Below are positions 21,581 through 33,300 of a stretch of DNA of 64,000 bases, one piece after another. The position numbers and the translations under genes are program-made. Below the pieces are notes generated by a model, which saw only the letters and a program-made list of their open reading frames with translations, did not search any database and was not told where the DNA came from. This DNA comes from Candidatus Bathyarchaeota archaeon (GTDB lineage Archaea > Thermoproteota > Bathyarchaeia > Bathyarchaeales > Bathycorpusculaceae), in the NCBI GenBank assembly GCA_963767735.1, contig CAVYES010000004.1:192001-256000 (forward strand), written 5' to 3'. Every line of letters starts with the position of its first letter. Positions within the stretch are counted from its first letter, which is position 1.

Positions 21581-21824
21581 AGATCAACCTGCAAGCTGTC
21601 GAACTCTATTTTTTCATGGAGGTCGACTGAAGAACGATAAACTACAAACTGAACATCGTCTTGAGTTTCATACCCGTACGCCGAGTTGCGGACGACCCTC
21701 AATTTGCAACGCAGCATCCCAAACCTAAACTTATGTGACCTTAATTCATTGAATTTTCGAGGTCTAAGTGTAACCTTTTGTGAACGATATTGGTTCTACC
21801 AATAGCCTAACCTGCACGTTCTGT

Positions 21825-23273
21825 TTACGGTTGATTTATGATTTGAAGAACCATATTCAGGACATTTGGGTCAGAGGGAAGATCTGTGTGACTCAGTGTA
21901 CTTCCCATACAAACAAGGTTATTTTTAGTTGGATCAAAGTTTATACCCAAAATATCCGCACTAGGGTAATCAAAAATATTGGGTGATGGCTGATCATTCG
22001 CAATGTTACCCGAGAACCCACTATGACCCGTGAAATCGCTCAGATCATACACGCTTTTCGCTGGAACTGTTCCGTCCCCAACTTTGTCATATAACGGGTA
22101 CGGACCAACGTCCTGAGGTTCAGCAGCATCAGGATCTGGAAACCATAAACCAGTAGGGGTTTGCATTCTGTCGGAGTAGAATGCATACGTCTGGCCAGGG
22201 AGAAAAGTATCATAACCGAGATCATCATGAAAGGACAAAGCGTTGTTGACAAGAGTCGAAACACTTCCCGCGGACACTACAGGTCCTCCCCCTCCATCCA
22301 ACGCGTAAACATTCCCCCATTTTCCTGCGTTAAGTTTGCTTTCTGATTGCAAGTAAGTTCCTTTTATAGTTGGTTCGGAATCATAAAAGCAAGTTACTAA
22401 TGGTCTGTAATCTCCTCCTTTCGTCTGATCAAAGTATACGCCGTACTGATTGTCCGGGAGCAATTGATATACCAGCTGCATTTCTCCCACTATACCTTGT
22501 TGATTCGGAGGCCCATGGCTTGAAAGACCCAAGTCATTAAATTGGAAGCCGGTTCCTGTCCTCAAAACTCTATAAGCTTTTGGCGCGCCGTGGCTTGGTG
22601 TTGCAATCAGGATTTGAGCTTTGACAGAGTTCTGCGGGAATGGGTTCAAAGTCGCCCCATTGGTCCATGGGTCCTTCCCACCTGAAGGTGATTGGTTTGG
22701 GTCTTGAAGGTACTTATCTGATAAGTACGCTCTAGAGATTAAGCCACCGGTGCTGTGGCCGATCAAGTAGATGTCCGAGCCCGCGTTTAGTTTCTGCCCG
22801 CCTAGGATGTATTGCGATATGAAGTAATTCAGTTCGTATGCGTGCTGTCTTATGTCTATTCTCCAATCGTATGGGTACTCAAAAAAGACGTTGGTAGAGT
22901 CCGCGACAGCCGCAGACTCATTCACACTCTTCCACAAACCCTCTTTGGTTCTAATTGACCAGATTTGGTCCCCAGAACTCGTTTTTTGGTCACGGAAAAA
23001 GCTCGTTGTTTTCGTGTAGCCTGGAGCGAAGCCATGCCCTAATAAGGAGATGTCGTCATCCTGTATCAGCTGGTTAGCGCTTAGAGTATAGGTGGGTGAT
23101 GAAAGTGCATCTGAGCCTACTTGATCGGTTCCTTCCATGAAATCCTTGGTTAGAAATACTTTTTTGCCAGCCGCAGGACTCGCCCCTCCAAATGTCTGCG
23201 AGTTATTATTCGGGTTCGGAACATAGAGATCCGACCCAGCTATACCTGGAATGAATATGACTGACTTGGCCAT
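21825..23273 (-). CDS. LCAT/PGAP1-like alpha/beta-hydrolase (lipase/acyltransferase)
   Basis: 'IFIPGIAGS', 'PYDWR', nucleophile GHSTGG, 'ATPSHGAP.A', 'GDGTVP', C-terminal His. Confidence 0.9.
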   Translation of the reverse strand: MAKSVIFIPGIAGSDLYVPNPNNNSQTFGGASPAAGKKVFLTKDFMEGTDQVGSDALSSPTYTLSANQLIQDDDISLLGHGFAPGYTKTTSFFRDQKTSSGDQIWSIRTKEGLWKSVNESAAVADSTNVFFEYPYDWRIDIRQHAYELNYFISQYILGGQKLNAGSDIYLIGHSTGGLISRAYLSDKYLQDPNQSPSGGKDPWTNGATLNPFPQNSVKAQILIATPSHGAPKAYRVLRTGTGFQFNDLGLSSHGPPNQQGIVGEMQLVYQLLPDNQYGVYFDQTKGGDYRPLVTCFYDSEPTIKGTYLQSESKLNAGKWGNVYALDGGGGPVVSAGSVSTLVNNALSFHDDLGYDTFLPGQTYAFYSDRMQTPTGLWFPDPDAAEPQDVGPYPLYDKVGDGTVPAKSVYDLSDFTGHSGFSGNIANDQPSPNIFDYPSADILGINFDPTKNNLVCMGSTLSHTDLPSDPNVLNMVLQIINQP

Positions 23274-23651
23274 AAAATCTTCTCATCTTTAAAAGTCTGA
23301 ATCAACTATTAATGGCTTATGTTTTATATTCAATTCATTTTCTCCCATTAGCGCCCTCGGGTAAACGAGATTCCTCATGTTAGCGCGCGATGTCTGGAGC
23401 CTTCGGTCTGTCTGACTTCTTGAGGACCTGCTGATGCTCTCCTTTCGCTATTGTTGGTAGAGCTTTTGACCCTCCTCGTTGATATGTTCTGTATCTTAGG
23501 GATTAGGCCTTATTGCTTCCTTTTCCCCATCCTTGATAATCCCTGATCCACTGCGAGTGGTTGAGCACCATGCGTACATGCATCTTCCACATCTTCCAGG
23601 TATCCTCCAAAACTCGCTCAGTCCGGTCTCTCTTTATCAGCCTGGGCCCTC

Positions 23652-26600
23652 TTGAGGGCAGAGAAGATGATTTCAGGATTATATACCTATAAATGGTTCG
23701 ACCCAGATAATAAATTGGAGGAATGGGTTTTTTCAGATGAGGGCGGAGACTTCCTTTCTGGGATCGTCACTAAACTGGGTCAAGTTTTGATGACCGTTTC
23801 CACCAATCTCTCAACCCCCGATGGATTAACTAGGATTCTTAGGCAACAAGGTTGGGATGTATCATCGGTTCAGGGTACCTTTGACGTTAGCGAAATTTCC
23901 AAAGCTATTAACGACATTTCTTCAAAGCTTTTTTCTGGGACCACACCTTCGCCCGATGATATCACTGGGCTCATACAGGACATAGTTAACATAGTTACAG
24001 ACTTAGAGAATTTTCAGAAGAATCTGTCGAGCGCCAGCTTCGCGCCTTTCAACGATACAAGTTTTAGCTGGTCGGATTTTGGCGAGGAGCTGTTAGGTAG
24101 CCTAATTGACCAGCAACTGGCTTCGAGTATTCCATGGCTTCACCTCCTGCTAAACATACTCGGTATAATTCAGACCAAATCGGTAGATGTGGGAAAAACG
24201 GCAGGCAGGATTAACTACACGGAGACAAGAATACGACTGGATAGGATTTCAGAGATAGTAAATCCCGAAGCCTTACTACAGGACGTATACGGTTGGAACA
24301 GTTCCCCCTTCGATTCTGGGGCGTTCCTTCAGTCACTCGCAGACCTCATAAATGCTATTGGCCTGCAAGCCGAAATTATTGCACCCGACCCCTCCCTTCT
24401 CTCACTTTACTACGCCTCGACAAATACGAGCCAAAGTCAAGTCAATCAACTCGAGGTTCCCCTTTACACTGTGAACACATCAGAGGACGGCGTAGTCAAT
24501 TTTTCACTTTCTGCACTCCCTATCCCGAAAGACGATGGCACGGGCTCACCCGTTGGAATAGCACTCGTAGCCTCTCTAACTGGTCTTCCTTCTCAAGCAA
24601 GTCTAGGAAGCTGGTCGTTTGGACTAACCGGAATCTCCACTACAGCAAATGCTCTGAGACTTGAAATTCGCCCAGGAGAGGCCATTAAGGTAACATCTGA
24701 CTTTTCATTAGGTGCACAACCTCTCGGTTTGGCAGTGGCATATAAACCGGGTACCCCATTCTTCGTCTTTGGAGACGGATCGTCGAATTCACTTCAGTTA
24801 TCAGACGTCTCAATCGGAATAAGCGTTAATCCAGGAAATGGCAATGAGGTGATATTGAGTCTTGGAGTGGATGACGCTAAGCTAATGATAGATCTCTCGG
24901 GGTCCGGGGTGGATTCCTTCATACAGACCATATTAGGTTCGGGTCAGTCAACAGTTGAATTCAAGAACGTCGGGATTGCTTATTCTACAAAGTCAGGTTT
25001 AACGTTCAAAGGCAGTGCCTCACTCCAAGTAACGATTCCGTTGAATCTTCAGCTCGGGCCGATTACCATAACTGGGCTCACGATAGGAATCTCACCGCAG
25101 AACTCAAATCTCGCAATAATATTGGCAGTTAGCGGAAGCATCAGCCTCGGGCCGGTGACAGGGACGGTCGATAATATCGGAGTTATAATAATGGCTAATT
25201 CGAGACCTCAGGGCCAGTTGGTGGATGCAACAAGCAGCGACCCAGCTAACGCCCTTCCTATCTCGATAGGGTTCAAGCCTCCAGACGGCATTGGAATCAG
25301 TATTGACGCCGATGTAGTCTCCGGTGGAGGTTACCTTGCATACGATTCGACCAAGAAAGAGTATTCAGGCGCGCTCCAGCTGGAAGCCGCGGGGATAAGT
25401 CTCAGTGCCTATGGCTTCCTCGATACGGTGATGCCGGGCGGTGGCGGCGGCTACTCGTTGGTCCTTATCATTGATGCTCAGTTCGGTGATCCTGGACTCG
25501 AGATAGGCTTCGGCGTAGCATTAACGGGCATCGGCGGTCTCGTAGCAGTGAACAGAACGATGAATCTGACCGCCCTTTTGGCGGACGTCCAGAACAACAC
25601 CATCCAGAACCTGCTTTTCAACACAGATCCGGTCAATAACGCCCCCCAAATCATAAGCGGGCTTGCGGCACTTTTCCCACCAGAACAGGGAGAATTCGTC
25701 TTTGGACCTATGGTACAGCTCCAGTGGGGTCCTGGCTCGATTGTAACCGCAAATATCGGCGTATTCATAGAGCTAACGAAGGCACCTAAGGTCGTCATCG
25801 TTGGCCAAATGAGTTCCCAGATTCCCAGTCCCGACACCGCACTGATAAACCTTAACGTCGATGTCAACGGATTCATCGACTTCCAAGCAGGGGACCTTGG
25901 GTTCGATGCCAACATCTACAAATCCTACCTAACCATCTTCTCCATCTCGGGACAAATGTCACTGAGGGCACACATTAAAGACAATCCCATGTTCCTGCTT
26001 TCCATAGGCGGCTTTAATCCTAACTTCCAGCCGCCACCCAGCTTCCCTACACTTTCCAGAATCAAAGTAGGGCTCTGCACGCAGCCCCAACTTCTCGTCA
26101 ACCTCACTTGTTACCTCGCTGTCGGCTCAAACCCGTTCATGGTCGGAGCTGAAGTCGATGCCTACGCCTCAGTGGGAAACTTCTACGCACAGGGCAAACT
26201 AGGCTTCGATGCGCTCTTCATCTTTAGTCCATTCAGCTTCACAGTTGACATATGCGCCAGCTTCGCGATTGGATACTCCAATGCCATAATCTTGGCCGCT
26301 GGGCTCTCAGGCACGCTTTCCGGAACAGCGCCTTGGGTTATAGACGGCAGCGTATCCTTCACGTTCCTCTTCTTCCACCCGAGCGTAAGCTTCCACGCCG
26401 TCGTAGGATCAGCCGTCCAACAAGCAGCTCCGCAAAGCGCAGGGGCGGTCGGGGCTGCGCTCACGAATGCGCTGCAAACTCCAGCCAACTGGAGCAGCGG
26501 CACTCCTACTGGCGTCATCAACGTGGTCTCGATTAACCAGCCCACTCCCCCCGACAGCAACACAATCTTAATGGACCCAGTCGGAACGCTATCGGTTAAG

Positions 26601-27251
26601 CAAAGCGCCGTTCCGCTTGCCACGCCAATTACTGCCTACAACAACTCGCCTCAAACCCCAACTTTAAACATAAACATGACAGGTGTCGCACTGGCAGGCG
26701 CGACTGGAGCAACCCCCCAGAACTTAGACCCTTCACAGTCGCAGAGTATAGTAGATCAATTCGCCCCAGCCTCCTACGAGATCCTAACGGACGACCAGAA
26801 GCTCTCGTCCCCCTCATTCCAGCCTCTTCCCGGCGGGGTAACTGTCGCTCCAACTTACTCGAATGCCAGCGTCGACAATACTGGCCCACCGGTCAACTAC
26901 GTTACTAAGTACGTCGACACAGCAGCAACAATGACGAATATCACGAGTGCTTACACCCCTTCCGCCTCAAGATTCCAGACGCTTGTATCCTCAGCAACAG
27001 CAGGTCAATCAGCACTGGCCAACTCGGGACCTCGAAAATACATGTCTGGACCCAGTTCCAGCGTCTCGGTAGAAGACGACTCGTACGTACTAGTCAGCAC
27101 CGACAAAATAACGCCCGTAGGCATGCCCGAAGGGGTCTCGTCCATGGCGTGGTCTCAAGCCAACGGAGCGCTACAGTCATACCTTGCAGCCAATCCAATG
27201 GAGAAGGGATACGTCCAGATCATTCCCCAAACGGAGGTCGCGTCAAGTTGA
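23652..27251 (+). CDS. Large DUF6603-like beta-rich protein (operon gene A; true start probably ~23715-23723)
   Basis: 'GFKPPDGIG.SID...SGGG.L', 'GFG..LTGIGGL...NR', 'FPP.....VFGP....WG', 'GGFNP.F' motifs recalled from DUF6603; long runs of alternating hydrophobic residues. Confidence 0.75.
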   Translation: MRAEKMISGLYTYKWFDPDNKLEEWVFSDEGGDFLSGIVTKLGQVLMTVSTNLSTPDGLTRILRQQGWDVSSVQGTFDVSEISKAINDISSKLFSGTTPSPDDITGLIQDIVNIVTDLENFQKNLSSASFAPFNDTSFSWSDFGEELLGSLIDQQLASSIPWLHLLLNILGIIQTKSVDVGKTAGRINYTETRIRLDRISEIVNPEALLQDVYGWNSSPFDSGAFLQSLADLINAIGLQAEIIAPDPSLLSLYYASTNTSQSQVNQLEVPLYTVNTSEDGVVNFSLSALPIPKDDGTGSPVGIALVASLTGLPSQASLGSWSFGLTGISTTANALRLEIRPGEAIKVTSDFSLGAQPLGLAVAYKPGTPFFVFGDGSSNSLQLSDVSIGISVNPGNGNEVILSLGVDDAKLMIDLSGSGVDSFIQTILGSGQSTVEFKNVGIAYSTKSGLTFKGSASLQVTIPLNLQLGPITITGLTIGISPQNSNLAIILAVSGSISLGPVTGTVDNIGVIIMANSRPQGQLVDATSSDPANALPISIGFKPPDGIGISIDADVVSGGGYLAYDSTKKEYSGALQLEAAGISLSAYGFLDTVMPGGGGGYSLVLIIDAQFGDPGLEIGFGVALTGIGGLVAVNRTMNLTALLADVQNNTIQNLLFNTDPVNNAPQIISGLAALFPPEQGEFVFGPMVQLQWGPGSIVTANIGVFIELTKAPKVVIVGQMSSQIPSPDTALINLNVDVNGFIDFQAGDLGFDANIYKSYLTIFSISGQMSLRAHIKDNPMFLLSIGGFNPNFQPPPSFPTLSRIKVGLCTQPQLLVNLTCYLAVGSNPFMVGAEVDAYASVGNFYAQGKLGFDALFIFSPFSFTVDICASFAIGYSNAIILAAGLSGTLSGTAPWVIDGSVSFTFLFFHPSVSFHAVVGSAVQQAAPQSAGAVGAALTNALQTPANWSSGTPTGVINVVSINQPTPPDSNTILMDPVGTLSVKQSAVPLATPITAYNNSPQTPTLNINMTGVALAGATGATPQNLDPSQSQSIVDQFAPASYEILTDDQKLSSPSFQPLPGGVTVAPTYSNASVDNTGPPVNYVTKYVDTAATMTNITSAYTPSASRFQTLVSSATAGQSALANSGPRKYMSGPSSSVSVEDDSYVLVSTDKITPVGMPEGVSSMAWSQANGALQSYLAANPMEKGYVQIIPQTEVASS

Positions 27252-30200
27252 GCAATCCGAACCTCGCTAACTATAGCTTCTACTCCTGGGCAAGAGTCGG
27301 AGCTGCCAATCAAATCGCCACCCCCGACGACTTCGGTGGTACGACCGCGTCGAAAAATGCGCCCCTACGTGCACAAATCAATATCCAATTACAGCTCAAT
27401 GACGGTTCGGGCGGTCCTCCTTTAACGGCCAACTCACCAAACATCCTGCTCTACGCGCCCCTTGACGTCACAGGAATCGATTCAAGAGTGTTTTCTCTCA
27501 TTCCAGGGATGCAGCCTTCTGGAACAACTTTCCCAGCAGCAGGTTCAGATAACTTCGAGTCGAACTACCTTCCCTCCTTAGAGTTCTCCGAACACGACCT
27601 GCCGTGGCGATACACTCCCGTTGGTCCAAACCTCGGCGGCGCCAACAGCCCCAGCGGTCTACGCCCTTGGCTCTGCTTAATAGTACTCGCGGACAACGAG
27701 ATTCAATCCTTTACTGCACCATCATCCAGCTTAAAACTTGGTCAAGTAATAGTCATCCAGTCGGTCAACTCTGCAGGTGTTTCTACCCTTCCTCTCCCCG
27801 ACCTGACCGAATCTTTCTACTGGGCTCATGTACAAGTCGCCGCCAGCGTTCCGACGGGCCAAACTTTCTCCGACTTTATTCAAGAGAACAAGACTCTAGT
27901 GAAATCACGACTCGTTTGTCCAAAGATCGCTCCAAGCGAACACCCACTACACTGCCTTCGTGGTCCCTGTATTCAAGAGTGGCGCGCAAGGAGGTCTAGG
28001 GCAGACCGTAAGCTCCACTGGGGTGGGTACAGACAACGCCTGGGACGGGAGTGAAACAAGCGTTACCCTTCCAGTCTACTACTCTTGGGACTTCACAACC
28101 GGACCAGGAGGAGACTTTGAGTCGCTTGTGCTGCAGCTTGTTGCCAGGGATGCGCCCAACGCCATAGGCACTCGGCAAATCGACGGAAGCAATCCAGATC
28201 CCACAACTAACTTCCCATCCGCAGGTCCTCTCACCCTTGCCGGAGCCCTCTCGTCTGCAGGCTCCACCCCCTTCCCACTGACGGAAGCGCCGGGATTCGA
28301 CAACGCCCTCCTTTCATACCTGAACGCATCCACCACCCTCACCTCGCCTCCGAAGGTGGCAGCTCCAGTTTACGGCAAGTGGTACACAGCATCAGATACC
28401 CTCGTGGCTGGAACATCACCTCCCTGGCTCTACAACCTGAATGTTCACCCCGGCAACAGGATGGCGGCTGCAATTGGAGCTGAGGTCATCCAACAGGAAC
28501 GCCAATCCCTTTTGCAGGCCGCATGGTCGCAGGTCCAAGGCATCCAGCAGGCGAACCAGACGTTGCGGCAAGCTCAGCTGTCCAGAGAGGTTCTAAGCCA
28601 ACTCTACAATGAGTACCTCACCCCCGCGCCAACTGAGCAGACCCTATTCGTCACGGCCCCAGTCCAGTCGAGAATACTGAACGGCGATAAGACAGTAAAA
28701 AACGACGTAAGCAGGTCTCCGCTTCCAAGAGGCACTCTGTCTCCAGCCTTCCAGAAAGTGCTAAGGCCACTAGGTCCCATTAGATCGCGTCAAAACCCGC
28801 GGCCCGCAACTACGCCCGGAATCATCACAAGGCTTAATAACGGTCAACTCAATCCCTCACCATCCCCTCCGCCCGTCGCCAACGCTTCGACTTTAAATAA
28901 CGTATCGAATTCGATAGGTGCCTCTTCTCTCCCTCCATGGCTTCTTTCCATTTTCCAGTATCTATACCCTTCATATGGTTATTGATAGTCGTATTGTTTC
29001 TGCTAGGCGTATTGGTCTTCGGTCTTTCTCCCCTTGATCCAGCTCTCGTGGCACTCGCCATCCTACTATTCGCTCTCGGTTTCGCTCTTCAAACCTTATA
29101 CAACAAGTGGAAGCTCGCGAGCCAGACAGCGTCATCAAACCTCACAGCACAGGTTATTCAATCCGTTCCACCGCGTTCCAGCTTCACCTTGGTCACTTCA
29201 AACCAAGCTCCTGTTACCGCAACGTCGACGGGAGCCACTGATACCGTAACCGCAGCGAACTTTCGTGCCGCAGCCTCGGCCCTTCAAAACTACGTGCTTG
29301 ATCCGCTTCCCGCCCGAAAAGTTCGAACTCCTCTCGATCTGAACGCTATAGCCAAAACTATGGTAGCAGGGCTTGATCCTTCGAAAACGGTTCCTGCAAG
29401 GATTCAACCGCGGCTCAACCTTCCTGCATCGCTGAATTGGGCACCGCAGGATCCGCTGCAGACAATACTGTTTGGACCAATGTTTACACAACCCTTGTCC
29501 AAGCCTCTTGTAGCGCGTTGGCCAAACTTTTACCTCCCAGGGTATGGGCAGATACCTGCCAATTCGGTGTTGGTGTTGCAGACCAATCCGGTCTGGGAAG
29601 AGGCATTTATGGTTGGCGCGAACTATACGTGGTTCCAGATAGCCTTGTTCAACGGCTTGTCTACAGACTCACGCTTCTCATCCTTTCTTTATTTCAAAGA
29701 CAAGTCTAGTTGTCCTCCCCCAATTCAGCCTGATATCAATCCGATTTACTTCTGGCCCGCCTCGAATGACTTGGGCGAGAATGGAGCGGATCCCGCGTTA
29801 TCAGCAGGCCAGCTTGTGCTGCTTATATGCGGCAATCTCCTAAGGAGGTATCCCATTCCGGGAAGCACGGCGATATTTGCGGCAAAGGTTTCCCAGGACT
29901 CTAGTGGAAACAGAACGATAAGTTCGGACGAATACCCTCCAGTTTTCACCTGCACGCTTCCCCCTAATATCTCGCTTCTGGGATTTAACCTGACATCAGC
30001 GCAGGTTACTGCGCCGCCGACAGATCCCTCCGACCTCGGCTACTACTTCATAATACAGCAACACCCCTCTACCCCGAAGTTCGGGCTGGAGACTGCCGAT
30101 TGGACAAATCCCGCGATGGCGAACTTCCTCTCACCAGCTGGCTACCTCAAGGTCAACCCTGCCAATGGTAGTCCATTCACTCTTTCAGGCGGAGCCACAT

Positions 30201-30316
30201 GGCCGCCTACCGAACTGAACGCGTCTAATGTCGCATCAATCACCCTCAGGGACCCAGTTCAGGTGGCATACAATGCAAAAGCGCTGATCACCCCGGCTTC
30301 CCCAGGAGGCGCCTGA
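27248..30316 (+). CDS. Conserved hypothetical ~1020-aa protein (operon gene B), two apparent frameshifts
   Basis: TTGA overlap and GGAGGT SD; ORFs 27149, 27960 and 28937 join by removing one A at 27922-27924 and shifting near 28965; central hydrophobic hairpin. Confidence 0.75.
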
Positions 30317-30319
30317 CAC

Positions 30320-33300
30320 ATGTCCTACAGCCTACACCCGCTCAAGTCGCAGATTTCTTCCCTTATCTCAGCCAGGTCCGGTCTCCTCGATCAGCTTACT
30401 CAGGCCGACAACGAAAGGTTTAACGCGCTTACCGCCCTGAACGCTTTGATAGCAAAAGGGATTCCAACCAGCGATCAAACATATACTCAGACCTCTACAC
30501 GCCTAGTTACTGCCAACGAAAATCTCAACCAGGCGCGCACCGATCTGACCCAGAACCAAAACCAGCTAAGCGCTGCAATAACAAGTTTCGCCTCTCCTGG
30601 CCTTAGCTCAACGATTCAGGGCATCGCCGCCACCGTGCCAATCTTAATGTTGCCTGTCAGAATGGAAACGAGATATGTCGCAGGCACCAGCGGCACAGAG
30701 CTATGGATCCGCATTTATCCCGACGAGATCGAAGTCGATACGTTCGAAGGTATCCTTACCCAAGATGAAATTAGCCAGGATCCAAACAGCTCTATTCCTA
30801 CAACCCCACCTATTATTACTTCAGCTCAGTGGGCCATTCTCGCGAACAGATTTGGGCCTAGGCGAGCAGCTTGGATCGTGAACAAGGCAGACCCGACGCA
30901 AACCCCGAAGAACTCTTCATGGACTGTTGCGCCCGCGAGCCACGTACTCCCAGACCAGTGGGTTGCAGTTGCATGGTCGAACGGAACATCCTCGATAATC
31001 GCGACAGGGAATCCAATTACCCCTTCCCCGCTCAATGTGGGACCCGACCCATCTTCTGCCGCTCCCTCAAGCAGTTCCGACCTGCCGATAGACGCCAACA
31101 TGAAGTGGATGAGCGATTTCACCACCGCTTACTCTCAAGGTATGGCGTTGATAGTCCCCGCTTCCAGTATTCCCTCAGGAGGCATCGACAGACTAATCGT
31201 TCTAGGAGTCAAAGCATCAGCAGATTCAGTTACGAGCTCCACGCTACTTGGGAATCTTCACGATCACCACCATTACACCGACGGCATCGGCTTTGTCCCG
31301 AAGGGAACAGCTGCACACAACTCAGGCACAATAAGATCAGGCTACACCTCATCTGATCCAGGTTACCAGAACAGCTTCGCGGTCGAGATAGGAGCCAGCC
31401 TATTCACTCCGCACACCGACCCTGACCAAATGACAGACGCCGAACTCTACGCGTACGCACTGGGAATCAGCTCAGACTACTTCCAACATGTCGAAAACGC
31501 AGGACTGACCCAAAGACAGAATGCCAAAAATATGATGACGGCAGTCTGGCCTGCAACACTCGGATACTATCTACAGCAAATGATTCTTGACCCCCAAAAC
31601 GCCGCAATAGAGAGCCTAAGAGAGTACACCGTGGAAAATGTGTGCCCCAGTGGGCTTCTCCCGACGCTTCGAGTAGGGCGCACTCCGTACGGCATCCTGC
31701 CTGTGATGTCCGTACAGTCATCTTCAAATAATTCTCCTATAGTCCTCCGCGCCGGAGGAGGTGCCCTTGCGATTCTCGGACAGCTCATCCAGACCTGGCT
31801 CGGCTTCGTAGCTAGCGTACCAGTGATAGGAAGCACCAATGACCCCGATCAAGAGCTCATCTCCATTTTCGGCATGGACTCGAACTCGAGCCAATTCGCC
31901 GTCAGGTACGCTTTTGCAATCCAATACATGGAGAACCTGCTGGACTTCCTTGGTGTCCAAGCTTCGACGGTTTCTGCTTGGCTCAAGTCGGCGACAACAC
32001 TCAGCTCCTCCGCGCTCGGAGCCATGGGGATTGACAATATGTCGCCACCAATCTTAGGTCTCGTGTTAGTCGATCAGAGCTACTCGATGCACATACCCCC
32101 AGTTTATGATGAGGCAGTCGCAAACCAACAGCTTCCTACAGGCCAGAACTACCTAACCTGGCTGGCTGGAGCCTCGATCGACGACTTGAGAACCGAGAAG
32201 ACGGGCTGGAAATCTCCTCCTTACTCTCTGCTCTACAAAGTGCTACGAGCTTCACTTCTGAGGGCTTACTCAGACACAGCGTTCCAATTGCTTTTGCCTA
32301 CTGGCCAAGTGAGCGCTACAGACCAAGTGGAACCGGTCCTCTTGAACATGGATCCCTCGAACCCAACACCAACGGTTTGGACACGTTTCAACATGAAAGT
32401 ACCTAGCTCCAGCGGTCCCATTGCTGTGTCCTCTTATCTCGAAAACGCAGCAAACCGGACGACAACTATTGCAACCCCACTCAACGAGACGCTTCTCGCG
32501 CTAGAAAAGTCTGGCAACTCTCACCATGGGAGAGTTGACGTACCTCTTCTCGGGAACGCTTGACTCATGCAGTCATAGGCTCGATTCATTGGTGACTTCT
32601 CTGGCAAACCAGCGCCTGCTCGAAATTCGAAAAGCGGAACAATCTACGAACCAGAAACAGCCATCGATTTGCATCGGAGCTTACGCTTGGGTGGAGAATC
32701 TTCCGCCCCACTCGAAGACCCCGAGCAACCCACTCGCTGGAACCTCAGGCCTCGCCTATGACCAAGTTGGTTATATACACGCTCCATCACTTCCACAAGC
32801 CGCTGCTGCTGCCCTTCTCAGGAACGCATATGTTAGTGGTGCGGATCCGAATAACAACTTCAGTGCGGCTATCGACCTGTCTTCAGATAGGGTAAGGAGA
32901 GCGCTCCTTCTCCTCGAGGGTATCCGCCAAGGGTCGAGCATCAGCATGCTGCTCGGCTCTTGGTTCGAACGCGATCTTCACGAAAGCAACCCACCTCTAG
33001 ACGTTTACATCCAACCTTTCCGCGAACTCTATCCGCTCGCGCCGAGCAACCCAACTAACGCCCCCACTCCCGTGGAAACTGTCACCCCAAGAGATGTCGT
33101 GGATGGATACGCTCTGGAACAGGCATGGATCAATAACTCAATACCGTTCGGAAGCAACAACTTGCCCAGCCAAACAACCAATTTGAGCCACTACAACGAC
33201 ATTGTAAAAGCACTGAAAGATATAGTCGGCATCATGGACTCAGTAAACGATATCTCAGTAGCGGAAAGTGGCTACCAATTCGCAAGGGGAAATTACTCCG

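Noticed and set aside
23330-23650. Possible transposase remnant between the lipase and gene A
   Set aside because: No recognisable transposase motif or inverted repeats could be confirmed.
27900-32520. Programmed ribosomal frameshifting in the operon
   Set aside because: No X XXY YYZ slippery sites at the junctions, and similar homopolymer indels occur in unrelated genes.
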